Below, one piece after another: positions 32,474 through 42,301 of a stretch of 64,000 nt of DNA. Source of the DNA: Candidatus Woesearchaeota archaeon (GTDB taxonomy: Archaea; Nanobdellota; Nanobdellia; Woesearchaeales; GW2011-AR15); contig JAVZBY010000003.1 in NCBI GenBank assembly GCA_038874655.1, forward strand, positions 57,326 through 121,325, in the 5' to 3' direction. The translations under genes were made by a program, and so were the position numbers. The notes under the pieces were generated by a model. That model was given only the letters and a program-made list of their open reading frames with translations. It did no database searches and was not told where the DNA came from. Position 1 is the stretch's first letter, and each line of letters begins with the position of its first letter.

Positions 32474-32875
32474 ATGGCAGGTACAAAATTAGCTTCAGTA
32501 AGTAGCCTTAAAAAAGGCAGCTATGTTGTTATTGAAGGTGCAGCTTGCATAGTTCAAGATACACAAACATCAAGGCCTGGAAAACACGGCCATGCAAAAA
32601 CAAGAATATTAGCTGTTGGCATGTTAGACGGAAAAAAAAGAGATGTTGTTATGCCAGGACATGATAATGTTGAAGTTCCTATTATTGATAAACTAGATGC
32701 AAATGTTTTATCTGTTAATGGAGATGTTGCTAATGTTATGGATATGCAAACATACATGACTTTTGATCTAAAAATCCCAGAAGAATTAAAAGATAAAGTC
32801 AAGCCTGGTGTTAATATAATTTATTGGGACATATTAGGAGAAAAGGTAATGAAACAATTAAAGTCATCTGAGTAA
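32474..32875 (+). CDS. eif5a: Translation factor aIF5A
   Basis: SRPGKHGHAK hypusine motif; ATG at 32474 preferred as start. Confidence 0.95.
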   Translation: MAGTKLASVSSLKKGSYVVIEGAACIVQDTQTSRPGKHGHAKTRILAVGMLDGKKRDVVMPGHDNVEVPIIDKLDANVLSVNGDVANVMDMQTYMTFDLKIPEELKDKVKPGVNIIYWDILGEKVMKQLKSSE

Positions 32876-32938
32876 AATAATCAAAAATAGAGTTTAAAAA
32901 TAAAATAATAATAAATTGAAAAACAAAAAGGTGTTAAA

Positions 32939-33100
32939 ATGGTTAAATTCCCTGAAGCTGAAAAAAGAATGTTTAAAAATTTATTTATATGCAGAGATTG
33001 TAATTCAAAAATCAGAGCACCAAATTTAAAGGTTTTAGCTAAAAAAGTGACTTGTAAAAAATGCGGAAGCCATAATTTTAGGCCTGTTAGAAAAAAATAA
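32939..33100 (+). CDS. rpl40e: 50S ribosomal protein L40e (not in ORF track)
   Basis: MVKFPEAEKRMFKNLFICRDCNSK...CKKCGSHNFRPVRKK, 53 aa. Confidence 0.9.
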   Translation: MVKFPEAEKRMFKNLFICRDCNSKIRAPNLKVLAKKVTCKKCGSHNFRPVRKK

Positions 33101-33108
33101 ATTGAAAA

Positions 33109-34353
33109 ATGAGTTTTTTAAACAACTTTTATTCTGTTTTAGATCAATATAAATTTGTAATTTTATTTTATTCTGCACTCCTTTTAATAATATATTTAAA
33201 TAGAAAAAAACTCAAAGAAGAAGCACCCTTTATTTATCTATATAGAACAAAATTTGGCATAAATTTTATGAAAAAAACTAGCGAAAAATTTAGAGACATA
33301 ATCAAAATTTTAGGATATATAGGAATCTTTTTTGCATACCTTGGAATTATAATTGTTTCTGGATTATTAATAAAAAATGCATATGAAATTATAATTCAAA
33401 AACCAGGTGCAATTGGGGGTAGTCCTGTTATTCCTGGTTTACCTATTGCTGGCTTGGGAATAACTTTTCCACTAATTATCGGTTGGATAAGTTTATTTAT
33501 TATAATGATTGTCCATGAATTTTCTCATGGTATTGTTGCAAAAGCACATAATGTAAAAATAAAAAACTCTGGAATTGCATTTTTTGGCCCAATATTAGGC
33601 GCATTTGTAGAGCCTGATGAAAAAGATCTTAAAAAGCAACCTGATGAAGTTCAATTATCCATATTTTCAGCTGGGCCAATATCAAATGTAGTTTTATGGA
33701 TAATATGCATAATTATTTTAATTGGGTTAAGCAATGTTGTTTTAAGCATGACCTATAGTGATGGTGTCAAAATAGGAATAATCAAAAATGAAACACTTCC
33801 TGCATATAGTTCTGGAATAAAAGATAATTCAATCATAATAAAAATTAATGAATATAACATAAAAAATAGAACAGATTTAGAATTTGCTTTAGAAAATTTA
33901 AAACCTAATCAAGAAACAAACATTTTAATAAAAGAAATTGATGAAAACAAAAAAGAAATAAAAAAAGAATACAAAATAATTCCAACTATACATCCGAAAA
34001 ATGAAACAAAAGCATATTTAGGAATACTAATTCTAGAAGAACAAAGAACATTAAAAAATAATAATCAATTTAATAATATAATCTACAAAATATTATTATG
34101 GTTTTATGAACTATTTTCATGGACATCTTTTATTAGCATTAACATTGGATTAATTAATTTATTTCCAATTTTTATAACAGATGGTGCCCAAATGCTAAGA
34201 AAAAACTTTGAAACATTATTCAAAAATAATAAAGAAAAAGGCCTATTAATCTGGAAAAATATTAATTTAATGGGTTTAATAATCATTGGTATATTAATTC
34301 TTTATAATCCTTTAAGAAACTTATTTAATATTTTAATTAGCATCATATTCTAA
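33109..34353 (+). CDS. Site-2 protease (M50) with PDZ-like insert
   Basis: HEFSHG, GAFVEP, AGP.SN and NLFP...DG motifs. Confidence 0.93.
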   Translation: MSFLNNFYSVLDQYKFVILFYSALLLIIYLNRKKLKEEAPFIYLYRTKFGINFMKKTSEKFRDIIKILGYIGIFFAYLGIIIVSGLLIKNAYEIIIQKPGAIGGSPVIPGLPIAGLGITFPLIIGWISLFIIMIVHEFSHGIVAKAHNVKIKNSGIAFFGPILGAFVEPDEKDLKKQPDEVQLSIFSAGPISNVVLWIICIIILIGLSNVVLSMTYSDGVKIGIIKNETLPAYSSGIKDNSIIIKINEYNIKNRTDLEFALENLKPNQETNILIKEIDENKKEIKKEYKIIPTIHPKNETKAYLGILILEEQRTLKNNNQFNNIIYKILLWFYELFSWTSFISINIGLINLFPIFITDGAQMLRKNFETLFKNNKEKGLLIWKNINLMGLIIIGILILYNPLRNLFNILISIIF

Positions 34354-34397
34354 ATAGATTATAAAATAATCTCAATAAAAAGAACAAATAAAATAAA

Positions 34398-34667
34398 TGA
34401 GGCACGCCCAAGAATCGATACCTTGCTTAAGCAATAATTGCCTTGACTTCTTCTCCATCCCGCTACCCTGAAAGCACCCATTTTTTTGATTATCACTGCT
34501 CCCTTCCGGGCCTGATGAGGTTCTCAAAAAAACAGGTCAATCAGGACAGGACTTCTCAGTTGAAGCCAAGATTATTGCTTAAACAAAAATACCTTTTCCT
34601 GGGCTTCGGCTCCCTCTTACATCCGTTTAGGGTTACAGGGCAGGACGAGCACCCCAGCCTAGCCTCA
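34398..34667 (-). ncRNA. Archaeal SRP (7S) RNA
   Basis: GC-rich island; minus strand has helix-8 CAGGCCCGGAAGGGAGCAG, Alu-type 5' end GGCTAGGCTGGGG...CTGTAACCC, and complementary termini TGAGGC/GCCTCA. Confidence 0.92.
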
Positions 34668-34702
34668 TAAAAATATAAAAAGAGGATATTTTTAAAGATT
34701 AC

Positions 34703-35257
34703 CTAAGCTAATGCATTATAAAAATTAGCAAAATGCTTTCCTAGTAAAACCCTTTGTTCTGAATATCTACCCCAATAACTTGGATGGTAAGTTGCATAAA
34801 TAAAAGAATCCCTATAAATAATAACCATTCCTTTATCTAACTTTAAACTTTCTCCTTCAATATTTAAATTTAAAACAGAGGACAATGAATCTAAAACAGG
34901 CCTACCCCACGTAATTAAAACCTTTGGATTAAAACTATTAACTATATCAAAAAGATGTAATTGAAGACATCTCTTTAATTCTTTCTGTGTAGGAGCATCA
35001 TCAACACTCTTTTTTAAACACCTATAGGAATTAACAAAAAATATATCTTCCATAGACAAACCAGAAACTCCTAGAAAATATTTTATAAAATACTTTCCAG
35101 TTAAGGAATTTGTAAAGGGTTCTAACCAATTATCATCAATTACACGATAATCTGCAAAATGACCTAAAACAAGAATTTTAGTTATATCTGAATTTTTTCC
35201 TTTATATCCTAAAAAAGAAGTTGGGATAATATTTTCACATAAATCACATAAGGGCAT
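34703..35257 (-). CDS. Uracil-DNA glycosylase superfamily protein (family 4-like, divergent)
   Basis: CxxC, PF...G, N..RC, P...E...C, PKVLITWG and TYHPS motifs. Confidence 0.8.
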   Translation of the reverse strand: MPLCDLCENIIPTSFLGYKGKNSDITKILVLGHFADYRVIDDNWLEPFTNSLTGKYFIKYFLGVSGLSMEDIFFVNSYRCLKKSVDDAPTQKELKRCLQLHLFDIVNSFNPKVLITWGRPVLDSLSSVLNLNIEGESLKLDKGMVIIYRDSFIYATYHPSYWGRYSEQRVLLGKHFANFYNALA

Positions 35258-35313
35258 ATTCTTTTAAAAAAATAATTAATTTAAAAATTTATAAACTAAA
35301 AAACTATAAAAAG

Positions 35314-35868
35314 TTAATATATTATTGCAACAACAACCCTTTTTATTTGATTAAACCTTATTTTTCCAGGGTCATTTCTTTGATTATTGTCACCTTTTGC
35401 TATTGCATACCATCCTTTCTCATCATATCCAATTTCTATTACTCTATGGATAATAATTCCATCTGCATAATCTGAAACATAAGAAATAATATCTCCTACA
35501 TGAATATCTGCTTCTGTCTTTGGTATAACCTGAATAGCATTTGCACCCACATCAATAACTGGATCCATACTATTTGTATCTGTAAATTTAGACCATTGTG
35601 GATTGTCAATAGTTATTATAACTTTATCTTTTTCCACTCTTATTTTATCTTCTGTAATTCTGTCATAAGGACTTGGCTTTTCTTCTGGTGTTCCTACAAC
35701 TCTAGCAACTATATTTCCATCTTGTGCTTTTTCTATTATTGTTGTTGTTTGTTTAACTGATTTATCTTCTATTAAATAACTAAAAGTTATTGTAGTAAAA
35801 ACACCTAACATAAACACAAATACAAGTAGAAATAATAACCTTAACCTAAACCTATCAAAGTAAATCAT
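35314..35868 (-). CDS. Signal peptidase I (S26, Sec11/SipW-type)
   Basis: TNSMDP, GDII, IIHRV and KGDNN motifs. Confidence 0.85.
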   Translation of the reverse strand: MIYFDRFRLRLLFLLVFVFMLGVFTTITFSYLIEDKSVKQTTTIIEKAQDGNIVARVVGTPEEKPSPYDRITEDKIRVEKDKVIITIDNPQWSKFTDTNSMDPVIDVGANAIQVIPKTEADIHVGDIISYVSDYADGIIIHRVIEIGYDEKGWYAIAKGDNNQRNDPGKIRFNQIKRVVVAIIY

Positions 35869-35974
35869 AATTACTAAAAAGTAGTATCAATTTATAAATT
35901 TTTCTTTTTTTACTATTAAAAAGTAATAAATAATTAAACACTATTAAAAATTATCTTTAAAAATAAAGAAAAAA

Positions 35975-36883
35975 CTATTTTAATTCTATCCCTAATTCTT
36001 TTATTTTTAGTAAAATTTTAGTTATTATATCTTTTCTTTCTAAATAATCTGATCTAAAAACAATAGTCATAAAAATCCCATCTTTATCACTATTTAAAAA
36101 AACTTTACAATTGTAATTTAAAAACTCTTTTTCTAATTTTTTTGAAATAACTTCAAAATTCTTTGGAATAGATTTTAAATAAAGATTTACTTTATCTAAA
36201 ACATTTTCTCTGCCAAAATTAATAATAGGTTTTTCTATAAATGTCCTATTAGGAACTCTTATAAAATCATCTCTATGGGTAGGTGTATTATCCAATAAAA
36301 CATAAAAAGTTCCTATGTGTTGAACTTTTCCTTCTTCATCACCAATTTTTATATAATCCCCAATTCTAAAAGGTTTCTTTGTAAGAAGCATAAACCATAT
36401 TATATAAGATAAAATAACCTCTCTTATGGCAAAAGCAAATCCTGTTGTTGCCAAACCTAATATAACTGATAAATTATTCAATGAAAATCCTAGCTTAATT
36501 AAAACAGCTGAAAACGCAATCAAATAAATGACAAAACTATAAAACTTTTGTAGAAATAAAATTTGTTCAATATTATCTTCTTTTGATAAAAACCCTATAA
36601 AAATTTTTGAAGTAAATCTTATAAAAACACTTGACAAAAAAAATGCCAATGCTATAAAGATTATTAATTTAATAATATTAGAGATATTTCCAGGCAAATA
36701 ATAATATTTATTATTCAAATAAATTATTAACTGAAAAATTGCTAGTATAACAAAAAACAAAATAATTGCTCTATTAATATTTGTAAATTTGATAATATCA
36801 TCAACTTTTCTATTAATGTTATTATTAAATTTATCTTTAATTGAATTACTTTTTTCAGTTTCTTTTTCCATATTGTTGTTCAT
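35975..36883 (-). CDS. MscS-family mechanosensitive channel
   Basis: GFAFA, KPFRIGDYI, G.V..IG and VPN motifs. Confidence 0.9.
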   Translation of the reverse strand: MNNNMEKETEKSNSIKDKFNNNINRKVDDIIKFTNINRAIILFFVILAIFQLIIYLNNKYYYLPGNISNIIKLIIFIALAFFLSSVFIRFTSKIFIGFLSKEDNIEQILFLQKFYSFVIYLIAFSAVLIKLGFSLNNLSVILGLATTGFAFAIREVILSYIIWFMLLTKKPFRIGDYIKIGDEEGKVQHIGTFYVLLDNTPTHRDDFIRVPNRTFIEKPIINFGRENVLDKVNLYLKSIPKNFEVISKKLEKEFLNYNCKVFLNSDKDGIFMTIVFRSDYLERKDIITKILLKIKELGIELK

Positions 36884-36974
36884 AAATTTAATTAAAAAGA
36901 CATCTTTTTAAATTTATTCTTTTAAATAAATAAAAAAAAACAAATTTTAAAATAAACAATGTTTTCAAAATAAA

Positions 36975-38033
36975 ATGACAGATTTAGAAAAAAAAAGAGA
37001 AGATACTATAAAAGAATTTTTAATCAAAATAAAGGATAACTCACTAAGAGATTTAATTTTAAAGGCCAATTCTATTTATAATCAAAATTTTGAAAATATT
37101 ACATGGTTTGAAAGAGCAATTTTCATTTCTTGGTTTTGTGCTAAACCAACATGCAAATTTTGTTACATGTATACAATAAAAGATAGAATAAAAAAACCTT
37201 CTTATGCTAGAAGAAGATTAGAATCAATTTTAGCAGAAACATTAATTACAAAAATATATGGTTGGGAGATTGGTTTTTTAAGTGCTGGCATATCCTCTTG
37301 GTCTACAAAAGACCTAAAAGAAGTTCTTTCAGGAATGCATAAAATAACAAAAAAGAAAATTTGGCTTAACTTAGGCACTTTAAGAGAAACACAAATTAAA
37401 GAATTATTGCCCTATGTAGAGGGTTTAACAGGCACAGTAGAATGTGTAAATGAAGAATTAAGAAAAGATATTGTTCCAGATAAACCTTTAGATAAGATTG
37501 ATGAAATGTTTAAAATTGCTGATAAATACAATTTAAAAAAAACAATAACAATTATAATTGGTTTAGGTGAAACAATAGAGGATTTCCCAAAATTAGAATA
37601 TTTAATAAAAAAATGGAATTTAGATAGAATAAACTTTTATAGATTAGTTCCTCATGAAAACACTATTTTTAAAAAAGGACCTGAAACTGAATATTATATA
37701 GAATGGATAGCAAAAACAAGAATTTCTTTTCCTAAATTAATTATAGTAAGCGGCTCTTGGCCTGATAAAACAGAAGAAATTCCTCTATTGTTGTTAGCAG
37801 GGTCTAATTCTATAACTAAATTACCTGCAATAAAAAACTTTGGAAAAAAACCTGCTTATGAAATTGAAAATGGCTCTAAATTAGTTGGCAGAGAATTTAT
37901 TGGAACTTTAACCAAATATAAAAAAATCAATTTAGATAAAGAATTAAAAGATATTGATTTTAAAGAAGAACTAAAAGAAAAAATAAAAAAAGCTTACTTA
38001 AAATATGAAAAAAAATTAGGCAAAACTGAATAG
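36975..38033 (+). CDS. Radical SAM protein, BioB/HmdB-like
   Basis: ISWFCAKPTCKFCYM Cys motif and IIGLGET. Confidence 0.85.
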   Translation: MTDLEKKREDTIKEFLIKIKDNSLRDLILKANSIYNQNFENITWFERAIFISWFCAKPTCKFCYMYTIKDRIKKPSYARRRLESILAETLITKIYGWEIGFLSAGISSWSTKDLKEVLSGMHKITKKKIWLNLGTLRETQIKELLPYVEGLTGTVECVNEELRKDIVPDKPLDKIDEMFKIADKYNLKKTITIIIGLGETIEDFPKLEYLIKKWNLDRINFYRLVPHENTIFKKGPETEYYIEWIAKTRISFPKLIIVSGSWPDKTEEIPLLLLAGSNSITKLPAIKNFGKKPAYEIENGSKLVGREFIGTLTKYKKINLDKELKDIDFKEELKEKIKKAYLKYEKKLGKTE

Positions 38034-38107
38034 ATCATATTTTTAATAATTTATTATAAACTTTTAAATTAGCAAAATTTATATTCTAATTAGTATTAAT
38101 TATTATT

Positions 38108-38284
38108 ATGGGAAAATCACCTAGTCATAAAAAAACTCATGTTGTTATTCCAAAATGGGCTATTCTTCAAGATAGATTAGCAAAAAAACATTATCCTAAT
38201 TGCAGAGGCACTTTTCCAGATTGTCCTAAGATAATAAATGAACAGCCTGCTCAACAATGTTTAACTTGTCCCTTTTATAAATAA
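38108..38284 (+). CDS. Small Cys-rich protein, 58 aa (not in ORF track)
   Basis: MGKSPSHKK...NCRGTFPDCP...CLTCPFYK; GC-richer than flanks; TATA-like element upstream. Confidence 0.6.
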   Translation: MGKSPSHKKTHVVIPKWAILQDRLAKKHYPNCRGTFPDCPKIINEQPAQQCLTCPFYK

Positions 38285-38308
38285 TAATTATAATTTAATT
38301 ATAATTTA

Positions 38309-38346
38309 ACACTGGACACTAGACATTTTTCTGTAAAATATATAAA
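38309..38346 (+). promoter_or_regulatory. ACACTGGACACTAGACATTTT motif plus TATA box
   Basis: 20/21 identical to 60103-60123; TATATAAA begins 30 nt after motif start. Confidence 0.7.
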
Positions 38347-38368
38347 TTACAATTATTTTTAAAAGTTA

Positions 38369-39049
38369 ATGCCTTATTCATTAAGTCCTTCAACCATAAA
38401 TCTTTTTTTAGATTGTCCTAAATGTTTTTGGCTTCAATTTAGAAAAAATATAAAAAGACCTGAGGGAATTTTTCCCTCATTACCTAGTGGAATAGATAGA
38501 ATATTAAAAGAACATTTTGATTCATATATTGAAAAAAATGACATTCCACCTGTTTTAAAAAAACACAATGTTGATGCAAAGCTATTTTCTAATTTAGAAT
38601 TATTAAATAAATGGAGAGATCAAAAAATTGGATTATCTTTTACTGATAATAAAGGCAATATTTTAAGAGGTGCTGTTGACAATCTATTAATAAAAGATAA
38701 TAAATTAATTGTTTTAGATTATAAAACCAGGGGTTATGAAGTAAAAAATGACACTCATGAACATTATAGAGTTCAATTAGATTTATACAATTTTCTTTTA
38801 AGAAAAAACGGATATGAAACAGAAAATTATTCTTATCTATTATTTTATCATCCTGATAAGATAGTAGAGAATGTTTTTTTATTCCATACACATTTAGTTA
38901 AAATTGATGTTAATATAAAAGAAGCTGAAAAAATATGGAAAGATGCACTTAAACTACTTGATGAATCTATGCCAAATTCATCTGAAAATTGTGAATATTG
39001 TAAATACAGAGAAACAAAAATTGACACAAATCTAAAAGATTATTATTAA
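38369..39049 (+). CDS. PD-(D/E)XK nuclease, RecB/Cas4-like (solo)
   Basis: LSPS...CPKCF, GAVD, LDYKT, QLDLY and CEYC motifs. Confidence 0.88.
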   Translation: MPYSLSPSTINLFLDCPKCFWLQFRKNIKRPEGIFPSLPSGIDRILKEHFDSYIEKNDIPPVLKKHNVDAKLFSNLELLNKWRDQKIGLSFTDNKGNILRGAVDNLLIKDNKLIVLDYKTRGYEVKNDTHEHYRVQLDLYNFLLRKNGYETENYSYLLFYHPDKIVENVFLFHTHLVKIDVNIKEAEKIWKDALKLLDESMPNSSENCEYCKYRETKIDTNLKDYY

Positions 39050-39102
39050 AATCATAAATTATATTAAAATTAAAAAAATAATTATTAATTTATACAAATT
39101 TT

Positions 39103-39861
39103 TTACTTTATACCAATTTTCTTTTTCAAAAAATCTAAACTAACTTCTTTATATTGCGCAATTTTTAAATTTAATTCCTTTAAATTTAAATCATTAATAG
39201 AAATTCTTTCTAATTTCAAAACTTTATTATTTATAGCCTCAAATATTTTTCTAACCTCTCTTTTTTTACCCTCATTTAATGTAATAAGCAATTTTCTTTC
39301 TGAAATCAATTTTATTTTAAATGGCTGTGTTTTATATTTCATATATTTTCCATCGATTTCAACATTTATAACTACACCTTGTTCTATTTCTTTGACTTTC
39401 TTTTCTGTTATTGGTTTTTCTAAAACAACATAATAAGTTTTTTTTATATTATACTTTGGATGTGCTATCTTAAAACCGAGTTTTCCATCATTAGTAATGA
39501 TTAACACCCCTGATGTATCTTCATCTAATCTGCCAACACAAAACAAAGTTCTTTTTATTTTTTCCTCTACATCCAACAAATCAAAAACACTTTTCTTTTT
39601 ATTATGTATATCTAAACTTGTTAATCTTGTAGATAAATAACCAACAGGTTTATTTATAACAAAATAATATTTTTTATCAATTATATTTAATATTTTACCT
39701 TTGTATTTAACAACCTTTTTTAATGGATTAAATCTATACATAGGATTAACAATTATCTGATCATCTACACTAACAAATCCATTTTTAATTTCATTTATTA
39801 ATTCTTGTTTATTTTTAAATACTCCTGTCCTAGAAAGAAATTGATGTAAATGAATTTTCAT
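39103..39861 (-). CDS. RsuA/RluB-family rRNA pseudouridine synthase with S4 domain
   Basis: NKPVGY, VGRLDEDTSG, K.Y.V and EGKKREVR motifs. Confidence 0.93.
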   Translation of the reverse strand: MKIHLHQFLSRTGVFKNKQELINEIKNGFVSVDDQIIVNPMYRFNPLKKVVKYKGKILNIIDKKYYFVINKPVGYLSTRLTSLDIHNKKKSVFDLLDVEEKIKRTLFCVGRLDEDTSGVLIITNDGKLGFKIAHPKYNIKKTYYVVLEKPITEKKVKEIEQGVVINVEIDGKYMKYKTQPFKIKLISERKLLITLNEGKKREVRKIFEAINNKVLKLERISINDLNLKELNLKIAQYKEVSLDFLKKKIGIK

Positions 39862-39913
39862 AAAAAAATAGAAAAAATATTAATTTAAAAAGCTTATATA
39901 AAAAGCGAAAAAA

Positions 39914-42301
39914 TCAATTTATCATAATATTATCAATATATTGTTCTATCTTTTTGTCATCCATTATTAAATTTAAAATAAATTTAAATTCACCTAAATT
40001 ATAACTTGGTTTATAATTTTTATTAATTCCTGGTTGATAGAATCCATTAGTTATTAAGAAATAATTGCTATTATCATTTTTTTCTGCTTTAATTAATAAA
40101 ACATCTCCTTTTTCCAATATAACATAATTTTTATCTTTATTTTTCAAATCATTACTAACATCTAAATTATTTAGATAGGCACTATAAGTTATTTCTTTTA
40201 CCTCTGGTTTTTCATTTGTATAATCAACTGCAATATAATCTATTGCATATATCCCTTGATAAAATTCAATTTTAATTTTATCTGTTTTTATATCTTCTAA
40301 ATCAATTATAAAATCTTTCTGTGAAAAAGTAATAAACTCATCAACAAAAACCCATTTATCATCAACATATGCATAAACCTTTCCATATCCATACTTTTTT
40401 AGTTTATTTTGAATTATATCATATATAATATCATAATTTAATAATTTATATATGGTTGGTAATATACCATTAATATCCTTTTCTGATAATTTATATTCAA
40501 AAACACCAATCTTATCAGTCATGCTTGCAGAAATAATTAATTTTGCATTTTCTTGTTTTTTTGGTAATGTTAGAATTAAATAATCAAATTTATCATCATT
40601 AAAATTATTATTATAATTTTGTTTAATTTTTTCTATATTTGTAGAATAAGCTTTTACATTATAATCTGTTGATTTTATTATTCTCAGTTTATCTACATCA
40701 ATAGAAGGTGAAAAATACCCTGCATCTTTTCTTGATATTATGTTTGTACAATCATCACCCTCTTTTGTCTCACATAAAACCTTTTCAGGATTTTTTATTG
40801 AAACAACATTTCCTTTATTTGAAATATAACTATTTTTATCAGACTTTAAAAGTTTTATATTATCTAAATAAGTTCTTTCATTTAAATGTTCTTTTATAAC
40901 AATTGATTCAAAATAATTATTCAAATTTGTATAATAATAATCATTATTTTCAGAATACTTTAAAACAAGCAAATCCTCTTCTAATATTTCATTTCCTTTA
41001 TCATCAATACTATAAACATAAGGACATGATCCAGTATTTGTTTTTTGATTGTTTTGTGTATTTTGATTAGTTTGTGGAGATTCACATTGGTAAATTGGTT
41101 GTAATTCACAAATACTTTGACAAATTTTTATTATTCCTGGACAATTACAATCATTTTCTTTTGCCCATATTCCATTTCCTGTCCATAGATTTTTTTCATT
41201 TATGTGCGGACAACATAGATTATATTGTGTTTTATAACATAAAGGATAGCATTTATTGTCTCCTGTACAATAACCCATTATACTTTCCCATGTTTTTTGA
41301 ACACAATAACCATTTGTTTTTTGATTAGGATCGTTTGGATTATAAATATAACTAGAGTCTCCTTCTTTTATAGATAAATCTAATTCTATTATACTTTCAC
41401 AACCATATTTTTCTGATAAAGTTAATTTATTTAAATTAAGGTCATATAAATCATTATTTCTTTTACAGCTTTCTGTTTCTTTATACCCAACTACTTTGCA
41501 ATTATTAGTATTGCCACAATTTTCTTGACATAGTTCATAGTCATATTTTGGTGAAAGACATTTATATAGATAAAACCCAACATTCATACATGTAAATCTT
41601 TGATTAATAATACAATCCTGTGGAAAATCTTTACTTATTTCATTACAATTTATTTGTTTTACATAACATTCATCATTCTCATTTCTAGGTTTTCCATTAA
41701 TATAACCACAATACGGGTCCATTTTATTCTGTGCAACACAATTAAAATAATTCACATCCCTATTACAACCCAAATCATAAAATCTACTTTCTTGATTTTT
41801 ATTATTAAAATCATTTTTTAATTCATTATAATAATCAAAAAAATTTTTCCAATTTTCATTTATATTAAAATTATCATTTAATTGATTAGCACCATTTGCA
41901 ATAAAGTTTAAAACTTTAAAAAATTCATCTCTAATTCCAAAAATTGTTAAAGCTCTATCTAAAAAAGACACTGTCCAGGATGTTGCATCCATTCCTGTTA
42001 TAAATTGACAAACCCCTTTAACATCGCCTGCAACAGAACAAGGTGGCATATTTGGATTTTGACTGCAATAATTTAATCCTTCCTTTGCTGTATTTAAAAC
42101 ACATCTACATGCTGAACTTAAACCTACTGCATTTATATTTTGACAATTCCTATTTAGGTTATAAATTCTTTGAGTTTCCACAGATAAAACATTGAAGCTT
42201 AATAAGGATAATATAAATATTGTAATTAATCCATAAAAAACCACTTTTCTTTTCACTTTAACCACCCATAAAAATAACTTTTTCACAACCTTCTTTAACA
42301 T
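39914..42301 (-). CDS. Cys-rich secreted protein (true start probably GTG at about 42256)
   Basis: Signal peptide after KRK; many Cys; C-terminal domain starting GSCPYVY. Confidence 0.65.
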   Translation of the reverse strand: MLKKVVKKLFLWVVKVKRKVVFYGLITIFILSLLSFNVLSVETQRIYNLNRNCQNINAVGLSSACRCVLNTAKEGLNYCSQNPNMPPCSVAGDVKGVCQFITGMDATSWTVSFLDRALTIFGIRDEFFKVLNFIANGANQLNDNFNINENWKNFFDYYNELKNDFNNKNQESRFYDLGCNRDVNYFNCVAQNKMDPYCGYINGKPRNENDECYVKQINCNEISKDFPQDCIINQRFTCMNVGFYLYKCLSPKYDYELCQENCGNTNNCKVVGYKETESCKRNNDLYDLNLNKLTLSEKYGCESIIELDLSIKEGDSSYIYNPNDPNQKTNGYCVQKTWESIMGYCTGDNKCYPLCYKTQYNLCCPHINEKNLWTGNGIWAKENDCNCPGIIKICQSICELQPIYQCESPQTNQNTQNNQKTNTGSCPYVYSIDDKGNEILEEDLLVLKYSENNDYYYTNLNNYFESIVIKEHLNERTYLDNIKLLKSDKNSYISNKGNVVSIKNPEKVLCETKEGDDCTNIISRKDAGYFSPSIDVDKLRIIKSTDYNVKAYSTNIEKIKQNYNNNFNDDKFDYLILTLPKKQENAKLIISASMTDKIGVFEYKLSEKDINGILPTIYKLLNYDIIYDIIQNKLKKYGYGKVYAYVDDKWVFVDEFITFSQKDFIIDLEDIKTDKIKIEFYQGIYAIDYIAVDYTNEKPEVKEITYSAYLNNLDVSNDLKNKDKNYVILEKGDVLLIKAEKNDNSNYFLITNGFYQPGINKNYKPSYNLGEFKFILNLIMDDKKIEQYIDNIMIN

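Noticed and set aside
34443-34670. 75-aa plus-strand ORF
   Set aside because: It is the antisense of the SRP RNA; GC-richness explains the open frame
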